A stretch of DNA of 64,000 nucleotides from an uncultured Actinobaculum sp. (lineage in GTDB: Bacteria; Actinomycetota; Actinomycetes; Actinomycetales; Actinomycetaceae), in NCBI GenBank assembly GCA_938020505.1, contig CALIHR010000026.1, positions 15,138-79,137 of the forward strand, given 5' to 3'. Below, piece after piece: positions 9,957 through 19,344 of the stretch. The notes beneath the pieces are model-generated. The model made no database searches. It saw only the letters and a program-made list of their open reading frames with translations, and was not told where the DNA came from. Positions within the stretch are counted from its first letter, which is position 1. Each line of letters starts with the position of its first letter. The translations under genes were made by a program, and so were the position numbers.

Positions 9957-11000
9957 TCACCCTCCAGCGAAAGGCGGCAGCACCTCGACGACGGCGCCGT
10001 CGCGAAGAGGCGCGTCGGCTCCCGACTCGCGTTCGTCGACGAGGAATGAGGAAATGTCGGCCACCCGCGCGAAATCGGGGAACTCGGCGGCAAGCCCGTC
10101 TATGAGCGCGCGGAGGGTCGCTGGCGCCGAGGAGCGCGGGAACGTCATGCTGTCGGTCTGGACCGCTTCTGCGGCGCCTCCGTAAAAGCGAACGGTCAGC
10201 CGCCTGCTGCCCGCCGTCTGCGGGCCGTCCCGTTCGCACAGCTTCAGCTTCGCGACCACCGGGTTGTCCGGGTCGGCGGCGAATTCGACGTCGACGTCCG
10301 CGCCGCAGGCGGCCTGAACGATCCGCTCGACGGCGCCGCGGCGCAGTTCGAGGGCGAGGGGGTCCGGAAAGGCGGGGTCGGTGTACGGGCACGCGTTGAG
10401 GATGAGGCACGACGGCGAGGTCGGATGCGAGGCCGCCGCAAAGCCCATATTTGTGAGAAAGCGGCGAATGCAGTCGGCGTGGCGCGTGAGGGCGGAGCCT
10501 GGGCGCCCCGAGGCTTTCGGGCCGCCGGCCGGGCCGTCCAGAAGCTCGGCCGACTCGCCGGCGGACACGGCCTGCTCTCCCCACCTTGCGCCGATGTCGT
10601 AGGCCGCCTCGGCCGGATCGGGGGCGTTGTCGCGGAGCCAGGCGAGCGTGGCCGAAACGCTCTGTTCGAGGAGCTGGCCGGCGAAGGCGGCGTTGGCGGG
10701 GGCGAGCGTGAGGTATCCGAGAGCGGGCCTGCCCCGCCCGGAAATCGGGAGCTGCTCGCGGGTGACCAGCCCCGAATTGTAGAGGGCTTCAAGGGTTTCG
10801 CGGACGGACGAGGCGTGCAGGCCGCTTTCCTTGGCCAGCTGGGTGACGGTCACCGGGACGTTGTGGCGTGAGACGGCGGTCAGAAGCGAGTGCTGCGCAG
10901 GGGTCAACCGGGCGATCGCAGACAGCAGATCGCCGAATCGATGGCGCTCGGCGCTCACGAACCCTCCTTTGCAGATTGCGTTTCGCCCTTTGACCGGCAT
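9957..11000 (-). CDS. moaD: Fusion protein: an N-terminal winged-helix transcriptional-regulator-like domain plus a Cys-containing middle domain, joined in frame to a C-terminal MoaD/ThiS-type sulfur-carrier domain that ends in Gly-Gly.
   Basis: Residues ~30-100 read like a wHTH (LLTAVSRHNVPVTVTQLAKESGLHASSVRETLEALYNSGLV). The middle has HADCIRRFL...CLILNACPY. The last ~85 aa read LTVRFYGGAAEA...LRDGAVVEVLPPFAGG, which is MoaD-like with a free C-terminal GG. There is no in-frame ATG or GTG at the MoaD domain boundary. Confidence 0.65.
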   Translation of the reverse strand: MPVKGRNAICKGGFVSAERHRFGDLLSAIARLTPAQHSLLTAVSRHNVPVTVTQLAKESGLHASSVRETLEALYNSGLVTREQLPISGRGRPALGYLTLAPANAAFAGQLLEQSVSATLAWLRDNAPDPAEAAYDIGARWGEQAVSAGESAELLDGPAGGPKASGRPGSALTRHADCIRRFLTNMGFAAASHPTSPSCLILNACPYTDPAFPDPLALELRRGAVERIVQAACGADVDVEFAADPDNPVVAKLKLCERDGPQTAGSRRLTVRFYGGAAEAVQTDSMTFPRSSAPATLRALIDGLAAEFPDFARVADISSFLVDERESGADAPLRDGAVVEVLPPFAGG

Positions 11001-11088
11001 TTTACGCGCGTCGTCGCCGGCCGATTGCGTGCACGCGGCCCCGACCGGCCGCGACTCGGGCTTCGCCGGCCCGGGGCTGTTTGCGAAT

Positions 11089-11808
11089 TCACCAACCGCG
11101 CGGCTTGGAGACGGGCTTGGCGCGGTCGCGCGAACGATAGACCACCTGGGGCCGGGTCAGATATCCGACGGGGGCGGACACCACGTGGACCAGCCGCGTG
11201 AAAGGCCAGATGCAAAAGAGCAGAAGGCCCGCCACGATGTGGAGTTTGAAGGCCACGGGGACGTCGAGCATGAGCTCGGGCTTCGGGCTGAACGCGAAGA
11301 TCGAACGGAACCACGGGCTGATCGTCTCGCGGTAGTTGTACCCCTCGTGCCCGCCGAAGATCTGCGAGCTGACCGTGGCGACCGTCCCCAGGGCGATGGG
11401 GATCGTCAGAAGGACGTAGGTGACGATGTCGTTGCGGGTCGTGGCCAGCCGAACCGATTTGACGACGAAACGCCGGTAGACCAGGCCCGCCAGCCCCACG
11501 ATCGTCATGAGGGCGGCGATGGAACCGAGTACGGTGGCGCCGAGGTGGTACATGTGCTGGGAGACGCCGAAGGCCTCGGTCCACGAGGCCGGCACGGCAA
11601 GGCCGACCACGTGCCCTGCGGCAACGCACAGGACGCCGATGTGAAAGAGAGGGGAGGACCACCGCAAGATGGCCTTCTCGTTCCACTGCGAGGAACGGCT
11701 CGTCCATCCATATTGGTCGCTGCGGTAGCGCCAGAGAAGGCCCGCCACGAGGACGACGAACGACACGTATGGAAGTGCGACCCATAGGAGGGTGTCGAGA
11801 ACGGTCAT
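11089..11808 (-). CDS. narI: Respiratory nitrate reductase gamma subunit NarI (heme b membrane anchor)
   Basis: 239-aa polytopic protein with His ligands in the TM helices (SPLFHIGVL...HVVG...FKLHIVAGLLLFCIWPFTRLVH). ATG verified in the sequence. Confidence 0.9.
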   Translation of the reverse strand: MTVLDTLLWVALPYVSFVVLVAGLLWRYRSDQYGWTSRSSQWNEKAILRWSSPLFHIGVLCVAAGHVVGLAVPASWTEAFGVSQHMYHLGATVLGSIAALMTIVGLAGLVYRRFVVKSVRLATTRNDIVTYVLLTIPIALGTVATVSSQIFGGHEGYNYRETISPWFRSIFAFSPKPELMLDVPVAFKLHIVAGLLLFCIWPFTRLVHVVSAPVGYLTRPQVVYRSRDRAKPVSKPRGW

Positions 11809-12491
11809 GGTTGCAGCCTTTCCTGCGACGTCGGGAAAGGGGCGGCGGTCAGATCGCCTATGCCCACGAGTTCGGTGGGCGGCCCCTGGCTGATGAGCTT
11901 TCGATAGCCTTCGATCGCTTCCGGGCTGGGTTCCGGAAGCGTCAGGACGAGTGCGTTGAGAAGATGGGCGTAAGGCGAATCGGCACTGCGCAGAGCCGTG
12001 CGTAGCACCTCGATTCCCTCCCGGTTCGCCCCCAGCAGGTCCTCGCCGACGCCGGATTCGTCGAGGGCGCAGAACTCCAAAACCACGGGCAGGTGGTCGG
12101 GAAGCTCTTCGCGAGCCGGCTCGAAGCCTGCGCGGGCCATAACCTCCTTGAAAGCGAGGATCGCTTGGCCGCGGCCTCGTGTGTCGCCCTGCGAATAGTA
12201 GGTCAGGGAGAGGGCGCAGCGCCTGCGCTGGTCGAAGGTCTCGACGTAGAGAACCTGAAGCGCGCGCAGCCCCGTCTGTTCTGCCTGCGTGCAGAAGGCC
12301 TCCAGCTCTTCGGCCACCTCGTCCGGCAGAGCGTGCAGCTCCGCCCTGACCGCGGCGATCTCGCTTTCGAGGGCCTCGTCGGGGTAGTCGAGCAGCAGCG
12401 AGCACGCCATGCGTATGATCCGGGCCTGGCCGGCGTCGACCCGTATGCGGCGTTTGCTCGGAATCCTGGGGATTCCCACGAATGTGCTCAT
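11805..12491 (-). CDS. narJ: Nitrate reductase molybdenum cofactor assembly chaperone NarJ
   Basis: CSLLLDYPDEAL...LQVLYVETFD...PDHLPVVLEFCALD. Four-nt overlaps with narH (upstream) and narI (downstream). Confidence 0.9.
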   Translation of the reverse strand: MSTFVGIPRIPSKRRIRVDAGQARIIRMACSLLLDYPDEALESEIAAVRAELHALPDEVAEELEAFCTQAEQTGLRALQVLYVETFDQRRRCALSLTYYSQGDTRGRGQAILAFKEVMARAGFEPAREELPDHLPVVLEFCALDESGVGEDLLGANREGIEVLRTALRSADSPYAHLLNALVLTLPEPSPEAIEGYRKLISQGPPTELVGIGDLTAAPFPTSQERLQP

Positions 12492-14023
12492 CGGAGAACC
12501 TCGAGGGGGAGCATGCGGCGCCCGTCCGAACGGGTGGGGTTCGCACCCGGGCCGACCCCGTGGAACGCTTCGACGTCGTAGGAGACCGGGCAGCCTTCGA
12601 GCTCCGAGATCCCGCGGGGAAGCTCCGGACTGGCCGTGGGTATGACGTACCTTTCGTCGTACTTGGCGATGGCCAGAAGCCTGTACATCTTTTGGACGGT
12701 CGCCCCGTCCATGCCCACCGAGGCGGCGATGCTCTCGTTGCCTTCGCGGCCCATGAACACGTCGCGCATGTAGGAGCGCATGGCCGCCAGGCGCCTGAGC
12801 GAGAGCTCGACGGGGGCGGTGTCGCCCGCGGTGAAGAGCCCGGCCAGATACTCCATGGGAATGCGCATTTGCGAGATCGCCGACAGCAGCACCCTGTGGT
12901 CTTCGCCGTCGTTGCCCGAGGCGGTGACGGCGTCGACGACGGGGCTCAGCGGCGGAACATACCAGACCATGGGAAGCGTGCGGAATTCGGGATGGAGGGG
13001 AAGCGCCACGCCGTAGGCGGAGATGAGGTCCCAGACGGGCGATTCCTGGGCGGCGACGATCCACGAATGCGGCACGCCGTTCATGTGCGCCTGGGCGACC
13101 ACCTCGGGGTCGCGGGGGTCGAGCAGAATCTCCTTCTGCGCCGGAAAAAGGTCGCGCTCGTCTTTCTGCGCGGCGGCCCATGTCACGCGGTCGGCGTCGT
13201 AGAGGAGGACGCCGAGGTAGCGCAGGCGGCCCACGCAGGTCTCCGAGCACACCGTCGGCTGGCCCGCCTCCAGGCGCGGATAGCACAGCGTGCACTTTTC
13301 GGCTTTGCCGGAGTTGTGATTGAAGTAGACCTTCTTGTAGGGGCAGGCCGAGACGCACATGCGCCACCCGCGGCAGGCGTCTTGGTCGACCAGGACGATG
13401 CCGTCCTCCGTCCTCTTGTACATCGCGCCCGAGGGGCAGGCCGAGACGCATGCCGGGTTGAGGCAGTGTTCGCAGATGCGCGGCAGGTAGAACATGAAGG
13501 AGTCTTCGATGTTCTTGGCCACCGAGAGGTTCATCTGCTTGAGGGTCGGATCCGAGTCCAGCGTTTCCATGGAGCCGCCCAGATCGTCGTCCCAGTTCGG
13601 GCCCCACTCGATGGTGTCGATGTTCTCGCCCGTGATGCGCGATTTGGCGCGGGCCACGGGGATGTTCGCCGAGCCGGCGGGGGCGGAGAGCAGCTTGTCG
13701 TACTCGTACGTCCACGGCTCGTAGTAGTCGTCCATGCCGGGCAGCGTCGGATTGGAGAAGATCTTCGCAAGGCTGGCCAGACGCCCGCCTTGGCGCAGCT
13801 GGAGCCTGCCCGACTTCGCCCTGCGCCAGCCGCCCTTCCACGTCTCCTGGTCCTGCCAGGTGCGCGGATAGCCGACGCCGGGCCGCGTCTCGACGTTGTT
13901 GAACCACATGTACTCCGTGCCCTCGCGGTTCGTCCACGCCTGCTTGCAGGTCACCGAGCACGTGTGGCACCCGATGCACTTGTCGAGGTTCATCACCATC
14001 GCGATCTGCGCCATGACCTTCAT
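12488..14023 (-). CDS. narH: Respiratory nitrate reductase beta subunit NarH (Fe-S)
   Basis: MNLDKCIGCHTCSVTCK, CEHCLNPACVSACPSGAMYK, CRGWRMCVSACPYKKVYFN and CTLCYPRLEAGQPTVCSETCVGRLRYLG. AGGAGG ribosome-binding site upstream. Confidence 0.95.
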   Translation of the reverse strand: MKVMAQIAMVMNLDKCIGCHTCSVTCKQAWTNREGTEYMWFNNVETRPGVGYPRTWQDQETWKGGWRRAKSGRLQLRQGGRLASLAKIFSNPTLPGMDDYYEPWTYEYDKLLSAPAGSANIPVARAKSRITGENIDTIEWGPNWDDDLGGSMETLDSDPTLKQMNLSVAKNIEDSFMFYLPRICEHCLNPACVSACPSGAMYKRTEDGIVLVDQDACRGWRMCVSACPYKKVYFNHNSGKAEKCTLCYPRLEAGQPTVCSETCVGRLRYLGVLLYDADRVTWAAAQKDERDLFPAQKEILLDPRDPEVVAQAHMNGVPHSWIVAAQESPVWDLISAYGVALPLHPEFRTLPMVWYVPPLSPVVDAVTASGNDGEDHRVLLSAISQMRIPMEYLAGLFTAGDTAPVELSLRRLAAMRSYMRDVFMGREGNESIAASVGMDGATVQKMYRLLAIAKYDERYVIPTASPELPRGISELEGCPVSYDVEAFHGVGPGANPTRSDGRRMLPLEVLR

Positions 14024-17000
14024 CAGAACTGCACCTCCTGGCTGCGGCGGCGGATCATCGTGACCTCGTCGCGCTGGTTGCCCGTGGGCCCGTAGTAGTT
14101 GAATGCGAAGGAGAGCTGGGCGTACCCGCCGATGAGATGGGTCGGCTTGAGCAGGATGCGCGTCAGCGAATTGTGGGTTCCGCCTCGCCTGCCCGAGCGT
14201 TCGTTGAGCGGAGTGTTCATCGTCCGCTCCTGGGCGTGGTGCATGAACACGGTGCCCTCGGGCATGCGGTGGGAGACGACCGCCCTGGCCGAAACGATGC
14301 CGTTTCGGTTGTAGGCCTCGACCCATTCGTTGTCCTTGACGCCGATCTTCTCCGCGTCCTGGGGGCTCATCCAGATGGCCTGGCCTCCGCGCCCCAACGT
14401 CAACATGTGCGGATTGTCGAAGTACTGGGAGTGGATCGCCCATTTGTTGTGAGGGGTGAGGTAGCGCACCGCGACTTCGGCCGTTCCCTCCGGCGAGACC
14501 CCCGTGGCGCCGAGTTTGACGTCTCCGTACAAATGGTGGAGGTCCAAAGGAGGGCGGAAGATCGGCAGCGTCTCGCCGAGCTCTTGCATCCAATCGTGGT
14601 CGATGTAGAACTGCGGACGCCCGGTCAGCGTGTGCCAGGGCTTGTTCCGCTCGACGTTCTGGACGAAGGCGCTGTACCGGCGCCCGCCGTGCTCGGAGCC
14701 CGACCACTCGGGCGAGGTGATGACGCTCCGCGGCTGGATCCGGGTGTCGTCGAAGCTGATTCTGCGCTCCTCGTCGCCGAGGGCCAAGTCCGCCATCTCG
14801 GTTCCCGTTCGGGCCTCCAGGCGTTTGAACCCCTGGTAGGCCAGCCGCCCGTTGGTCGTGCCGGACAGGCGCAGAACCGCGTCGGCGGCCTTGACGTCGG
14901 CGTCGACGAGCGGGCGCCCTGCCCCGGGCCCGTAGTCTTGCGGAGCCGTTCCGTTCAGTCTGCCGAGGTAGTCGACCTCTTCGTCGGGAGTGAGCAGGAG
15001 CCCTTTGATCGGCATGCCCGCCTTCTCGACGAGGGGGCCGAGGGTGTCGAACTTGTGCCCAATCTGCGTGTAATCGCGTTCTATGCCGACGATCTTCGGC
15101 ATTGTCACGCCGGGGACCCACGGGTTGTCGGGCGGGACCGCCCCGGCGGGGTTGGCGAATTCGTCGGGGGTGTCGTGGCTGAGCGGCGCGGCCAGCGCGT
15201 CGATCTGCGTTCCCAGATGCCTGGAGGCCATGTCGGAGACGAGGTAGGCGAGGGTCTGGAACGTCTCGAAATCGGTGCGGGCCTCCCACGGCGGGTCGAC
15301 CGCCGCGTTGAACGAATGCATGAACGGGTGCATGTCCGTCGACGACAGGTCGTGCTTTTCGTACCAGGTCGCCGCGGGAAGGACGACGTCGGAGTGCAGC
15401 GTGGTCGACGTGTTGCGGAAGTCGGCCGTCCACATGAGGTCGAGCTTGCCGTTGACGGGCTCCCTCCACGTCATCGAGGCCGGGCGCCGATCTCCTTCGA
15501 GCTCCACGGCGTTGACGTCGTTGTCGGCGCCGATGAGGTGGCGAAGGAAGAACTCGGTTCCCTTGGCGGACGAGCCGAGCAGGTTGGTGCGCCAATTGGC
15601 GAGGATGCGCGGCACGTTCTCGGCGGCGTCGGGGTCCTCCACGGCGAAGCGGAGCCTGCCTTCGCGCAGCTCGCGCGAAACGTACTCTCCGGGGGCCAGC
15701 CCGGCCTCTTTCGCCTCCCGGCCCAAAGCGAGCGGGGACTTGTTGAACGTCGGATAGCTCGGCATCCAGCCGCGCTGGGCGGACTCGACCAGGCAGTCGG
15801 CCGTGGTTTTGCCGTTGAGCGCGCCGGCGGCGGTCGGGCTCGCCATGAACTTGACCTGCGCGCCGTCGTAACGCCACTGACTGGTGGAGATGTAATACCA
15901 CCCGGTGGAGATCATCTGCCGCGCGGGGCGCTGCCAGTCCAGGGCGAAGGCGTAGCTCGCCCATCCGGTGATGGGGCGGACCTTCTCCTGGCCGACGTAG
16001 TGCGCCCACCCGCCGCCGTTGACGCCCTGGGTTCCGCACATCGTCGTCAGCGCGAGGAACGTCCGGTAGATCGTGTCGGAATGGAAGTAGTGGTTCGTCC
16101 CCGCGCCCATGAGGATCATTGAGCGTCCGCCGGATTCGAGGGCGTTGGCGGCGAATTCCCGGCCGATCTTGACGGCTGCGCCGGCGGGCACGCCCGTGAG
16201 CTCTTCCTGCCAGGCAGGAGTGCCGGGGGCGGTCGAATCGCCGTAGCCGGAAGGCCACTGGCCCGGCAGCCCCTCGCGCCCCACGCCGTACTGCGCGAGC
16301 AGAAGGTCGAAGACGGTCGTGACCAGGCGGCCGCCGACCCTGCGGGCGGGAACTCCGCGGTACACGACGCCTGCCCCGATCGAGCCCTGGCCCTCTTCGG
16401 CCGGAAGGTCGAATCGCGGCATCGCGACGAGGGCGGGCTCCCAGGCGTCGGTGTCCATGACTGACATCACGGGCTCGACGCCGTCGAGCTTGAGGTTCCA
16501 GTGACCGGCGCCTTCCTCGCCGAAACGGTCGGCCAGCGTGCCGCCCGGATCTTTGAGGGCGCCGTCGGCCTCCATGACGAGCGGGCGGAAGTCGCTGTGC
16601 TCGGTGCGTTCGGCGGTTCCGGCGGGCGCGAGGTTCGCGGTGTAGAACTTGCCCGGAACATAGGCCTCCATGTGCGAGGGGCTCGCGTCGGCCGCGCGGT
16701 CGAGCTGGATGAGGAACGGGCTGTCGGAGTAGCGCTTCATGTAGTCGATGAAGTACTGCTCGCGCCGGGCCAGGAAAAACTCCTTGAGAATGACGTGCCC
16801 CATGGCGATCGCCAGCGCGGCGTCGGTTCCGGGGTGGACTCTCAGCCAGTCGTCGGCGAACTTCGTGTTGTCGGCGAAATCGGGGGAGACCACCACCACT
16901 TTTTGTCCGTGGTAGCGGGCCTCGGCCATGAAATGGGCGTCGGGCGTGCGCGTGAGCGGGACGTTCGACCCCCACATGATGAGGTACTGCGAATTGAACC

Positions 17001-17748
17001 AGTCGCCGGATTCGGGGACGTCCGTCTGGTCGCCGAACATCTGCGGGCTCGCAGGGGGAAGGTCGGCGTACCAGTCGTAGAAGGAGAGCATGGTCGCGCC
17101 GATGAGCTCGTGGAATCGCGAGCCCGCCGCGTAGGAGATCATCGACATCGCGGGGATGACGGAAAATCCTGCGATGCGGTCCGGGCCGAATTCTTTGATC
17201 GTGTGGACGTATGAGGCGGCCACGATCTCCATCGCCTCTTCCCACGTCGTGCGCACCATGCCGCCTGTTCCGCGGGCGGATTTGTAGGCTTTGGCCTTGA
17301 CGGCGTCGCCGACGACGTCGCCCCACGCCAAAACGGGGTCGCCCAGACGGTCTTTGGCCTCGCGGTACATGTCCAACAGCACCCCGCGGACGTAGGGATA
17401 CTTGATGCGCGTGGGCGAGTACTCGTACCAGGAGAACGCGGCGCCGCGGGGGCATCCGCGCGGCTCGTACTCGGGCATGTCGGGGCCGGTGGTCGGGTAG
17501 TCGGTCTGCTGGGACTCCCAGGTGATGATCCCGTCCTTGACGTAGATCTTCCACGAGCACGACCCCGTGCAGTTGACGCCGTGCGTCGAACGAACCACCT
17601 TGTCGTAGCTCCAACGCTGGCGGTAGAAGGAATCCGCCTGGCGTCCGCCCTCGAGGAAGAGCTGGCGGGCGTCGCCGCTCGCCTGGCCTCGCCTGAGCCA
17701 CGAGCCCATCTTCAGGAGGGGGGAGCCGAGTGTCTCTTTGGATGTCAT
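14023..17748 (-). CDS. narG: Respiratory nitrate reductase alpha subunit NarG (Mo-bisMGD)
   Basis: 1241 aa. The N-terminal FS0 motif HGVNCTGSCSWKIYVKDGIITWESQQTDYP is typical of NarG. The stop overlaps the narH ATG. Confidence 0.95.
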   Translation of the reverse strand: MTSKETLGSPLLKMGSWLRRGQASGDARQLFLEGGRQADSFYRQRWSYDKVVRSTHGVNCTGSCSWKIYVKDGIITWESQQTDYPTTGPDMPEYEPRGCPRGAAFSWYEYSPTRIKYPYVRGVLLDMYREAKDRLGDPVLAWGDVVGDAVKAKAYKSARGTGGMVRTTWEEAMEIVAASYVHTIKEFGPDRIAGFSVIPAMSMISYAAGSRFHELIGATMLSFYDWYADLPPASPQMFGDQTDVPESGDWFNSQYLIMWGSNVPLTRTPDAHFMAEARYHGQKVVVVSPDFADNTKFADDWLRVHPGTDAALAIAMGHVILKEFFLARREQYFIDYMKRYSDSPFLIQLDRAADASPSHMEAYVPGKFYTANLAPAGTAERTEHSDFRPLVMEADGALKDPGGTLADRFGEEGAGHWNLKLDGVEPVMSVMDTDAWEPALVAMPRFDLPAEEGQGSIGAGVVYRGVPARRVGGRLVTTVFDLLLAQYGVGREGLPGQWPSGYGDSTAPGTPAWQEELTGVPAGAAVKIGREFAANALESGGRSMILMGAGTNHYFHSDTIYRTFLALTTMCGTQGVNGGGWAHYVGQEKVRPITGWASYAFALDWQRPARQMISTGWYYISTSQWRYDGAQVKFMASPTAAGALNGKTTADCLVESAQRGWMPSYPTFNKSPLALGREAKEAGLAPGEYVSRELREGRLRFAVEDPDAAENVPRILANWRTNLLGSSAKGTEFFLRHLIGADNDVNAVELEGDRRPASMTWREPVNGKLDLMWTADFRNTSTTLHSDVVLPAATWYEKHDLSSTDMHPFMHSFNAAVDPPWEARTDFETFQTLAYLVSDMASRHLGTQIDALAAPLSHDTPDEFANPAGAVPPDNPWVPGVTMPKIVGIERDYTQIGHKFDTLGPLVEKAGMPIKGLLLTPDEEVDYLGRLNGTAPQDYGPGAGRPLVDADVKAADAVLRLSGTTNGRLAYQGFKRLEARTGTEMADLALGDEERRISFDDTRIQPRSVITSPEWSGSEHGGRRYSAFVQNVERNKPWHTLTGRPQFYIDHDWMQELGETLPIFRPPLDLHHLYGDVKLGATGVSPEGTAEVAVRYLTPHNKWAIHSQYFDNPHMLTLGRGGQAIWMSPQDAEKIGVKDNEWVEAYNRNGIVSARAVVSHRMPEGTVFMHHAQERTMNTPLNERSGRRGGTHNSLTRILLKPTHLIGGYAQLSFAFNYYGPTGNQRDEVTMIRRRSQEVQF

Positions 17749-17760
17749 GGAAATCTCCGA

Positions 17761-19068
17761 TCAGCCGGGGAAAGGCGCGCCCGGGCGGGCGTAGCGGACC
17801 CAGCAGAGTGCGGCGCATGCGACGCAATACGCGGCGCACAGCCAGAACCACAGGCTTGCGGACATGGACGAGAGCGCGACGCCGACGATGAAGGGGCCGA
17901 GGCTGGCCACCGCCGCGGTGAAGCCGATCGCCCCGCCCGCCTGGCGTTTGGGCATGATCATCGGCATCTGCTTGAAGGTTCCGGCGTTGCCGATGCCGGA
18001 GAAGAAGAACATGAGGAGCATCGCCGTGAGGAAGACGGGGAACTGGCCGAGGTCATTCGGCTCGAGGAAGAGCGCCGCCCAGCCGAGCGTGACGGCCATG
18101 CCTATTGCCGAGACGAAGGTCCAGATCGCGCCGCCGAATTTGTCGCACAGCGGGCCCCAGGCGAATCTCACGAGGGATCCGATGAGGGGGCCGAGGAAGG
18201 CGTAGCCGGCGCCCGCGGGAAGGCCCTCCATGCCGGCGAAGGCGCTGTCCTTGCCGTAGTGCTGGTTGATGATGAGCGCGAACTGGGCGGCGAACCCGGA
18301 GAAGATTCCGAAAGTCATGACGTACATGGCGGTCATGATCCAGGTGTTGGAGTTGGAGAAGATGTCGAGCTGCTGGCGGATGTTCGCCTTGACCGGGACG
18401 TCTTTGAGAAGCGTGAAGGCGAGGATCGCCGCCACGACGGTCCAGGGGACGAAGAAGATCGCCGCGTTGTGCACGTGGATGGGGCCGTTCGCGCCCGACT
18501 GCGGGGCAACCCACGTCATTCCGAACAGGCCGAAGCCCATGAGGAGCGGGCCGACGAGCTGGATGACCGACATTCCCAGATTGCCGATGCCTGCCTGGAT
18601 GCCGAGGGCCGTTCCCTGCAGGCGCTTGGGGAAGAAGTAGCCTGTGGAGGGCATGTACCCCGAGAAGGAGCCTCCGCCGATTCCGCAGGCGAAAGCCAGG
18701 CCGAGCAGCACCGCGTAGCTCGTGTCCGGATTCTGCACGGCCACGAACCAGCCGAGCATCGGAATGGCGTAGAGCAGCGAGCTGTAGCCGACGAGCTTGC
18801 GCGTGCCCACCAGGGGCGGGAGGAACATGTACGCGAGGCGGATCAGCCCGCAGGAGAGCCCCGGCATCGACGTCAGCCAGTAGAGCTGCCCCTTCGACAG
18901 ATGGAAGCCGATGTCGTTGAGCTTCGGGGCGATGGCGCTGACGAGGAACCACACGCAGAACGCCATGATCATCGAGTAGGTGGTGATCGCGAGGGTTCGC
19001 CAGGCGATCTTCGAGTCCCAGGACTGCGAATCCTCTGGATTCCAGTCGGTGAGAACGGCGGATTTCAT
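17761..19068 (-). CDS. narK: Nitrate/nitrite transporter NarK (MFS)
   Basis: 12-TM MFS protein with NarK-type N-terminus and Gly-rich helices (GIGGGSFSG, GIGNLG). First gene of the nar operon. Confidence 0.9.
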   Translation of the reverse strand: MKSAVLTDWNPEDSQSWDSKIAWRTLAITTYSMIMAFCVWFLVSAIAPKLNDIGFHLSKGQLYWLTSMPGLSCGLIRLAYMFLPPLVGTRKLVGYSSLLYAIPMLGWFVAVQNPDTSYAVLLGLAFACGIGGGSFSGYMPSTGYFFPKRLQGTALGIQAGIGNLGMSVIQLVGPLLMGFGLFGMTWVAPQSGANGPIHVHNAAIFFVPWTVVAAILAFTLLKDVPVKANIRQQLDIFSNSNTWIMTAMYVMTFGIFSGFAAQFALIINQHYGKDSAFAGMEGLPAGAGYAFLGPLIGSLVRFAWGPLCDKFGGAIWTFVSAIGMAVTLGWAALFLEPNDLGQFPVFLTAMLLMFFFSGIGNAGTFKQMPMIMPKRQAGGAIGFTAAVASLGPFIVGVALSSMSASLWFWLCAAYCVACAALCWVRYARPGAPFPG

Positions 19069-19289
19069 AGTGCTCCTCGCGGTCGTCCGTTATGGGAGGT
19101 TTTAAAGATGGGAAAATCCGGTGAATATGGGTAAAGCGTACCAAGTCTGTTGGCCCACGGCGGCGGCGCGTCCTTCGAAGCATCGAACCCCGTGGATCCA
19201 GTTTTCGGACATTTCCTTGAAAATTCGCCGTTTTGCGGAATTGTGAACCGCCGCCTCCGGCCTCGGGGCGGAAATACACGCGAAAAGTC

Positions 19290-19297
19290 TTACGTAA
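19290..19297. promoter_or_regulatory. Perfect 8-bp palindrome TTACGTAA in the AT-rich divergent narK/mobA control region. It is a candidate operator for an unidentified regulator.
   Basis: Read directly from the sequence. The 19069-19344 intergenic region is markedly AT-richer than the coding DNA. Confidence 0.3.
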
Positions 19298-19344
19298 ATA
19301 GAGCGCGGATTGCCAAGCCGACGGCGAGAGTGCATGATCGTCGC

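Noticed and set aside
12482-14095. 537-aa ORF on the plus strand
   Set aside because: It is antisense to narH/narJ, which have unmistakable Fe-S motifs. The composition is Arg/Gly/Ala-rich, typical of an open GC-rich alternative frame. There is no ribosome-binding site and no recognisable domain.
14137-16122. 661-aa ORF on the plus strand
   Set aside because: It lies entirely antisense within narG. It is a GC-frame artefact.
12488-17851. A single 1787-aa minus-strand ORF in the track
   Set aside because: It is a read-through artefact of an open frame. The real genes are narH (12488-14023) and, in another frame, narG and narK. Only the C-terminal 511 codons are NarH.
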